A stretch of 64,000 nucleotides of DNA, taken from Isurus oxyrinchus. Its lineage: Eukaryota. Positions 50,801 through 59,800 of this stretch are shown here, one piece after another. The notes under the pieces were generated by a model. That model ran no database searches. It worked only from the letters and a program-made list of their open reading frames with translations, and had not been told where the DNA came from. Position 1 is the stretch's first letter. The number at the start of each line of letters is the position of its first letter. The DNA is taken from NCBI GenBank assembly GCA_026770705.1, contig JANJGN010000007.1, positions 179,428,001-179,492,000 on the forward strand, given 5' to 3'. A program made the translations under genes and the position numbers.

Positions 50801-53800
50801 CCCCTGGAAATCTAAGTACAGTACATCCACAGGTTCCCCTTTATGTACAGCACATGTGACTCCTTCAAAGAACTCCAATAAATTGGTTAAACATGATTTT
50901 CCTTTCACAAAACCATGTTGACCCTTCCTGATTGCCTTGACTTTTTCTAAGTGCCCTGCTATAACATCTTTAATAAGAGCTTTTAACATTTTCCCTATGA
51001 CAGATGTTAGGCTAACTGGCCTGTAGTTTTCTGCTTTCTGTTTCCCTCCCTTTTTGAATAAAGGAGTTGCGTTTTCTATTTTCCAATCTAATGGAATTTT
51101 CCCCAAATCTAGGGAATTTTGGAAAATTAAAACCAGTTAAAACCAATCAATCAGTATTATCGACTATCTCACAAGCCACTTCTTTCAAGACCTTAGGGTG
51201 AAATCCATCCGGACCTGGGGATTGGTCAGCCCGCAGCCCCAACAATTTGCTTAATACCACTTCCTTGGTGATTGTAATTTTCCCGAGTTCCTCCCTCCCT
51301 TCCATTTCCTGACTTACAGCTATTTCCAGGATGTGACTTGTGTCCTCTATAGTGAAGACTGAAGCAAAATACCTGTTTAAATTCATCTGCCATCTCCCTA
51401 CTTTCCATTCTCAATTCCCAGATGCACTCTCTATAGGATCAACGCTCACTTTGTTCACTCTTTAATTTAAATATCTATAGAAACTCTTACTATCCGTCCT
51501 TATAATACTAGCTAACTTTCTTTCGTACTCGAATTTTTCACTCCTTATTAATCTTTTTGTCATTTTTTGCTACTCTTTATATTCTTGCCAATCTTCTGAC
51601 CTGCCACCTGTCTTTGCACAATTATATGCTTTCTCTTTAAGTTTGATACTGTCTTTAACTTTGTCAGTTAACCATGGATGATGGACCCTCCCCTTGGAAT
51701 TTTTCTTTCTCATCGGCATGTATCTATTCTGTGTATTCTGAAATATCCCTTTAAATGTCTGCCGCTGAACCTCTATTGAACTATCCCTTAATCTCATTTG
51801 CCAGTTGACTTTAGCTAGCTCTGCTTTCGTACCCTCATAATTGCCCTTATTTAAGTTTAAAATACTAGTCTTAGATGCACTCGTTTCTCTATCAAAATGA
51901 ACGTAAAATTCAGTTATATTATGATTTCTGCTACCGAGAGGTGCTTTCACTGTGAGAGTGTAAGTTAATACTATCTAATTGCTCAATATCATATCTCGTG
52001 TCGCTTCCTCTCTGGTAAGCTCCAGAAACTATCCCAAAAACATTGTGAACTCCTCATCTACGCTACCTTTGCCTTTCTGACTTTTCTAGTCTATATGTAG
52101 TTTAAAATCCCCCATGATTATTACTGCACCTTTCTGACAAGCTTCCATTATTTCTTCTTTTATATTCTGTCCTACCATGTAGTTACAATTATAGGGCATG
52201 TACACCACTCGCACAAGTGACACTTTGCCTTGTTCATTTCTCATCTCAACCCAAACTGCTTTTACATCCTGGTTTCCTGAACTTGGACCAACCCTCTCTA
52301 ATTTTTAAAAAATTCATTCAGGGGTTGTGGGCTCGGCTGGCCAGGCCAGCATTTATTGTCTATCCCTTGAGAAGTTGGTGGTGAGATGCCTTCTTGAGCC
52401 GCTGCAGTACATGTAGATAGACCCACAGTAATGTTAGGGAGGGAGTTGCAGGATTTTGACCCAGTGACAATGAAGGGACGGCAATGTAGTTCCATGTCAG
52501 GATGCTGAGCGGTTTGGAGGGCAACTTGCAGGTGGTGGTGTTCCCTTGTCTCTACTGCCCCAGTCCTTCGAGATGGTAGTGATTGTGGGTATGGAAGGTG
52601 CTGTCTAAGGAGCCTAGATGAGTTTCTGCAGTGCAACTTGTGGATGGTACACACTGCTGCCACTGTGCATCGGTGGTGGAGGGAGTGAATGTTTGTGGAT
52701 GGGGTGCCAGTCAAGTGGGCTGCTTTGTCCTGGATGGTGTCAAGCTTCTTGAGTGTTGTGGGAACTACACTCATCCAGGCAAGAGGGGAGTATTCCAACA
52801 CTCCTGACTTGTGCTTTGTCGATGGTAGAAAGGCTTTGGGAAGTCAGAAGCTGAGTTACTGGCCACAGGATTCATAGCTTCTGACCTGCTCTTGTAGCCA
52901 CAGTATTTATATGGCTAGTCCAGGTCAGTTTCTGGTCAATGGTAACCCCCAGGATGTTCATAGTGGGAGATTCAGTGATGGTAATGCCATTGAATGTCAA
53001 GGAGTGATGGTTGGATTCTCTCTTGTTGGAGAAGGTCATTGCCTGACACTTGTGTGGCGCGAATGTTACTTGCCACATCCACAAACATTGGCTCCTCTCA
53101 CCACCGACGCACAGTAACAGCAGTGTGTACCATCTACAAGATGCACTGCAGGAATTCACCAAGGCTCCTTAGACAGCACCTTCCAAACCCACGACCACTA
53201 CCATCTAGCAGGACAAGGGCAGCAGATAGATGGGAACACCACCACCTGGAAGTTCCCCTCCAAGTCACTCGCCATCCTGACTTGGAAATATATCGCCGTT
53301 CCTTTACTGTCGCTGAGTCAAAATCCTGGAACATCCTTTCTTAACAAAACTGTGGGTGTACCTACACCACATGGACTGCAGCGGTTCAAGAAGGCAGCTC
53401 ACCACCAGCTTCTCAAGGGCAACTAGGGATGGGCAATAAATGCTGGCCCAGCCAGTGAAGTCCGCATTTCCTAAATGAATAAAAAAAATCTGGTTTGTTT
53501 CAAACGCTACGTGCATTTAGTTACAGAGCCTTTAGCTTTGTTGGCCTATTATTTTTGTAGCATCTAGTCTTAGCTGCAGATTTACTTTTAGGCTTGTACA
53601 CCCTGTCCATTCCTGTCATAGTCCATTTATCATTTGCCATATTAATACCTTTCTTTCTTGCCTTGTTTGTACTCTATGGTTTACTACATCTTCCCAAATT
53701 TGATCCGTTACCCTCATTATTCAGTTTAAAACTCTCTCTACTTCCCTAGTTAAGTGTTTTGCAAGGACACCAACCCCAGCACGGTTCAGGTGTAGACTGT

Positions 53801-56800
53801 CCCAACTGTACAGATCCCATTTTCCCCAATATTGTGCCAGTGCACCACAAACCGGAACCCACTTCTCCCATATCAATCTTTGAGCCGCGCATTCATTTCT
53901 CTCATCTTAATTGCCCTTTGCCAATTTGAAAGTGGCTCAGGTAGTAATGCAGAAATTATTATCTTTGATGCTCAGCTCCTCATCCTGCTTATGTCGTTGG
54001 TACCTTAATGCATCACAACCACTGGTTCCTCCCTTCCTACTGCAAGTTCCTCTCTGTCCTGAGCAAATGTCCTGAACTCTTGTACCGGGCAGGCAATGTA
54101 GCCGTCTGGTCTTTTGCTCCTTGCTCCCTCTCACTATACTGTCCCTTACTACCACTACATTGCTTTGTGCTTCTTGTACCACAGAGCTTTGGTCAGTCAG
54201 CTCATCCACCCGGCAGCCCCCGCTGTCATCCAGACAAGCTGAAACAGCCTCAAACCTATTGGACAATTGCGGAGGCTGATGTTCCTGCTCTCTGGTCCCC
54301 CCTTCACTGCCTCAGCTATAGTCACACCTTTGTGTCCTGACCATCTCCTAAATCAGAAGATTCTATCCTTAATGGGTGTGACTGCCTCTTGGTACAAAGC
54401 ATCCAGGTAATTTTCCCCCTTCCTAATGTGTCACAATGTCTGCCTCTTGGTACAAAGCATCCAGGTAATTTTCCCCCTTCCTAATGTGTCACAATGTCTG
54501 CAGCTCAGTCTCCAGTTCGGTGACCCTGAGCCAAAGCTCCTCAAGTAGCAGACACTTAATGCAGATGTGCTTGGCCTGGATTACGCTGGCATCCAGGAGC
54601 TCCTGCATGCTGCAGCCACAACAACTGTCTTGCCATACTTACGTGCTTTACTTAATTACTTAATTATTTTATTCAGTTATTTATTTTCTTTTATATATTT
54701 AATAACCTTATCACAAATTCCTGTGCTATTTTAAAACTTAGGAATTGACGCTGGCCACTTACCAGATACTCACCGAACAGCTAGCATTTTTCCATGTTGT
54801 TGAGAAAGAACTGGTTCCTGCTGGGTGAACAAAGTTAGAAAAGCAAAGGAGCACCTCCCTGCACTCCTCACCTCCCACAGCTCACCAACGCTCATTCTGT
54901 TGAGGTTGCACACTCAGTGTTGGTTGCACTGAGAATGTCTGAATTTATATGTTCTAAATCAAGGGACTAGCTGAGCCCAGGTACAGCAAGACCAGTTCAA
55001 GCTGGTTTTCTTAATTAGCTATTTCAGCGGCTGCCAGTGGAGAGCTCCTAATAGCCAAGTGGTTTTGGTACTGGGTTTGTAACCCCCAAGATTAAGAGTT
55101 CAAATCTCACAATGGCAAACTATCTAACTTCATCTGAAACAGATGGAAACGGGTTTGTACTCGAAAGAGTTACCTCCCTGCTTAGGCCCTTGATGAGACT
55201 TCTAATTTAAACAGTCCTTGCAGTTAAACAGTATTTGTAGTTAAATGTTAATTACAAGCAATATTAGATTTTTAGAAAGATATTTAAGTTTCCCTCAGCT
55301 CATCAAACTCTCTCACTCCGTTGAGGTCGCACACTCATAGGGACGAAGCAGGGAAGTGGGACGAGTGTGAATGGTTTCAGTTGAAGAGCTGGCAAAAGTG
55401 GATTGGTGAGCGGCAAGATTGGGGGGAAGTTATTCCGTGCCCAGGCTTAGCCCTTTTTTACTGACCTCTTCCTTGTGGAGACAAATGGCAATCCCATCCA
55501 AGAGAAATGGACAAAATAACCTGAAATTGAAAATGTTGCTAACTCTGAAAAATCCTAACTGTCTGTCTTTTTCTCTTTTGAAGGACTCTAAGATTGAACC
55601 AGAAGAGTTCACAAACAGACTTCAGTCAGAACTTAAATCATCCCCACAGCCATACCTGGTGCCTTTTCTCAAGGTGTGGTACGAATAGAAACAGGATGTA
55701 TATTTTTATACGGCGATCTGTGTGCACTTTATGTACATCTACAGGTCCTGTAAGAATTGGACACTCTGCAGCTTCTTTCATAGTAAGAAAACCCTGCTAG
55801 ATACAGAGTAAAGCTCCCTCTAGCCTCCCATTAGACTCTCCCAGGGCAGGTGTAGTGTAGGTTCCACAGAGAGTGAAGCTGAATTTGATAATGTAGTTTG
55901 CCCTAAGTCTCAGAGAAGTGAGATTTTAATTGCTCATATTAGTCACAATCAAAAGAATTAGTGTGGGTAAAGGCTGAGGATGAACTCGACAATGTAGCTG
56001 CTGTAAGAGACCCTGTCTCTACCTGGATCTAAGGAGGGAGTGATTTTCCAATCTTAAGTCCAACTGTTATCATTTTGACTAAAGTATGCACGGAATACCC
56101 ACATTTGGGATTGTGTTGAGGTTGTGACCTTCACTTTCAGTTGTGGATAATTTACACTGTTGTATCTTGGGGGTGGTCGGGAGCTGGAGAGAAGGGATTG
56201 GCAGTTCTGAAGCTTGTAGTTGCACTTGAATAAGAAATTCCCAGTTTCAGTCCTCGTTCTGTCTTCAATTTGTTGGATGGTAATTGGAGAGCAGTGGGGA
56301 TGCAAGTTTGATCCAGTGCCCTGGAAGGTATAAAATCCCATGGGTTCCTGCTGCTGAGGATGATCTGCTGGAAAGTGAATGTGTTAATAGTAGTAGAAGA
56401 GAGGATCAGGTGGGATGTATTTCTCTAGTTTAACAATCTGCAGGCTTTCCCCATGGACACATATGAATATTGAGCAGGAGAAGACAGATTCTCCATTTAT
56501 TCTTTGCAAGTTTTTAAGCAGTTGTGGACCCTTTTCCCCCTGTTGGTCAGAGATTTTTGTCTGTCACTGTGATTGAGATTGCGAATTTACACGTTAATAT
56601 TTGCCGGAGCCTTGGCCTTGGACAGAGACTGTAGTCAGCTCCCTAAATCTTGAGGGAGGCTTTGGAATATTAAATGTTTATTGAGCCTATGCCCTTTTCC
56701 TCTGTCAAAAGTTCTTGTGTATGGTCCAATTAGTTTTAGCAACGGATGTATATCTTGTTTAAAAAGAAACATTTGCCTGTTGAATTACATTTAAGCATTA

Positions 56801-59800
56801 TCTGCTTGTTGTTTTCCTGCAGAAAAGTTTGCCAGCCTTGAGGCAGTCCCTGGCTCATAATCAGCAGTGCATCCTGCAGGTGAATCAGCAACCTCAGCAG
56901 CCGCAGGCAGTGGCCTCAGCACAGACCACATCTGCACCACAGTTGACAGCGACTGTCAGCACACTCGTGGCCAGACCATCTGTACGAATACGGCAGCCCA
57001 TCACTGATAACACAGCCTCAGGAACAAATGCAGTGACACAGGCACACATCAACTTAGCCCAGGAAGGACGGAGCACCCATCTGGTATGTGGTGACATGGA
57101 CTAACTTATACATGGTAGTGCATGAATGGTTGAGTCTGGGACAGTTTGGAGGGCTGAAAGGCAAAACTAACAGCTGGAAATCTGAAATAGAAACACTGGA
57201 AATTTACACAAGGTCCGTCAGCAGCTGGAAGAGATAAGGCGGCTTATAAGTTCCATGATTGGATTGAGGCTGGCAGACACACTATTTTATAAAACCTACC
57301 AAAATGCACCGGGCTGGGAAAACTAAAGGTGAAGATGAGGAAGACATGTACTGCAGTTGGAAAGGAGAAACCAATGGTTTTAACAGCCTGTGAATACAGG
57401 TTAAGAAGCTGGAAACGGTGTAAGAGTGCTCTTCTAAATGTTCGGCTTTGAAAAGCTTCAGACGAAAGGGAGCCAAACACTAAAAAATGAAAGAGAGCAG
57501 ACATTGGAGTTTTATCTTTAACTGACGAGTTCGTGCACAGGAATGATTGCAAGATACGTGTACACTTCTCATGTACGTTCCACCAAAGGAGTAACTGAAA
57601 TCCTTGATTGGACAAGATGTTCATCCTATGTGCAATTTGTTCTTGCGTCCATTATACACCAAATAACTTCTTACAATAGAGTATAAGCCAGCCACCGCAC
57701 GGGATACTTGCTCTCAAGGGGGAAAGGACATTTATTATGTGATTCGAAAGCTCCCTTTCAGAGGCAGTGCTGCATTGCAATAATAGTGTATTAATGAGGA
57801 AACCATAGCTGATACATAGAGCTACCCTGTATCATGGGCTGTATTCCATGCATTTGGGGCGAAGTAGAACTTAGCAGTCTATAGTAAGTAGTCTTATAGT
57901 CACTGCTGAATTTTATGGGGTGCTTCTCACTTCAAGTGTAACAAGTGCTGCCTGTGAGAGTTACACAAGCGTGTTGGAGAGTACAGAGTGCTTTAGCAGG
58001 GGTTTAGTCCCAGGGCATTGTTCAAACCTTGCTGCTCGGTTGGTTGAGAGTCCCTGAAGCGAAACCTTGCCTTAAAAAGCAGATTTGAAATTGATAGATC
58101 GATCAGGTTGCACCCCTGGCAAGCATCCCGTTTTCAGCAGCAAACTTTCAATCCTGCTTGAAAGGGGAAATCTTTAAGAAGGAACCTGCTGCATTTAAAT
58201 TTGAAACCAAGTCAGAAAGAATTTACTCTTATCTCAAACACCTTTCATCCTCCTGTTGAATGGCAGTCTCTAACTCAAGACTACTTCAGTGACCTTATTG
58301 TTTCCAGGTTTGATTGTTAATCTGGACCCCTGGATCTGTCAGGTTTCAGCATGACAGACAGTTTGCACAATCAGGCAGTCACCAAACAAAAATATTCGGG
58401 AACAAATGGGGAACAAAAAAAAGTACTTTACTCTTCAATATTTAGCAGATGCCAAAGGAGTGGTGGGGAACACCCCTGTTTCACCAAGTTGAAGGGAGAG
58501 TGGTGGTATCGTCCCTGTTTCATTGGTAAGGTGGGGCGCCACTGTTTCATGGTGGGCGGGGGGGGAGAGCGGGAAGGTGGAATGTTTCAGTTTCATAGTC
58601 GTGGGTGGGGGAGGTGGTGGGGTTCCTCTGTTTCACGGTGGGGGTGCGGTGGAGTGCTGCGGTTTCATGGTGGGGGAGGTGGTGGGGTTCCGCTGTTTGG
58701 TGGTGGGGGAGGTGGTGGGGTGCTGCTGTTTGGCGGTGGGGGAGGCGGTGGAGTGCTGCGGTTTCATGGTGGGGGAGGTGGTGGGGTTCCGCTGTTTGGT
58801 GGTGGGGGAGGTGGTGGGGTTCCGCTGTTTGGTGGTGGGGGAGGTGGTGGAGTTCCGTTGTTTGGCGGTGGGGGAGGTGGTGGGGTTCCGCTGTTTGGCG
58901 GTGGGGGAGATGGTGGGGTTCCGCTGTTTGGCGGTGGGGGAGGTGGTGGGGTTCCGTTGTTTGGCGGTGGGGGAGGTGGTGGGGTTCCGCTGTTTGGCGG
59001 TGGGGGAGGTGGTGGGGTGCCGCTGTTTGGCGGTGGGGGAGGTGGTGGGGTTCCGTTGTTTCGCGGTGGGGGAGGTGGTGGGGTTCCGCTGTTTGGCGGT
59101 GGGGGAGGTGGTGGGGTTCCGCTGTTTGGCGGTGGGGGAGGTGGTGGGGTTCCGCTGTTTGGCGGTGGGGGAGGTGCTGGGGTTGCGCTGTTTGGCGGTG
59201 GGGGAGGTGGTGGGGTTCCGCTGTTTGGCGGTGGGGGAGGTGGTGGGGTGTTGCTGTTTGGCGGTGGGGGAGGTGGTGGGGTTCCGCTGTTTCACAGTGG
59301 GGGAGGTGGTGGGGTGTTGCTGTTTGGCGGTGGGGGAGGTGGTGGGGTTCCGCTGTTTCACAGTGGGGGAGGCGGTGGGGTGCTGCTGTTTGGCGATGGG
59401 GGAGGTGGTGGGATGCTGCTGTTTGGCGATGGGGGAGGTGGTGGGGTTCCGCTGTTTGGCAGTGGGGGAGGTGGTGGGGTTCCGCTGTTTGGCGGTGGGG
59501 GAGGCGGTGGGATGCTGCTGTTTGGTGATGGGGGAGGTGGTGGGGTGCTGCTGTTTGGCGATGGGGGAGGTGGTGGGGTGCCGCTGTTTGGCGGTGGGGG
59601 AGGTGGTGGGGTGTTGCTGTTTGGCGGTGGGGGAGGTGGTGGGGTGCCGCTGTTTGGCAGTGGGGGAGGTGGTGGGGTTCCGCTGTTTGGCGGTGGGGGA
59701 GGTGGTGGGGTGCCGCTGTTTGGCAGTGGGGGAGGTGGTGGGGTTCCGCTGTTTGGCGGTGGGGGAGGTGGTGGGGTGCCGCTGTTTGGCAGTGGGGGAG

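Larger units (their letters stand above)
49820..54900 (-). mobile_element. Near full-length CR1 LINE (ORF1 Zn-finger/zipper and esterase, ORF2 EN-RT), interrupted at ~52300-53490
   Basis: ORF1 CCGCSM..HICIKC..LEEL..RVTELE and [14 protein letters not shown]; ORF2 [36 protein letters not shown]; CR1 3' UTR. Confidence 0.88.

Noticed and set aside
56879-56885. In-frame internal donor CAG|GTGAAT, and a second acceptor CAG at 48268-48270
   Set aside because: Both are possible alternative splice sites, but nothing in the sequence supports their use over the annotated boundaries.
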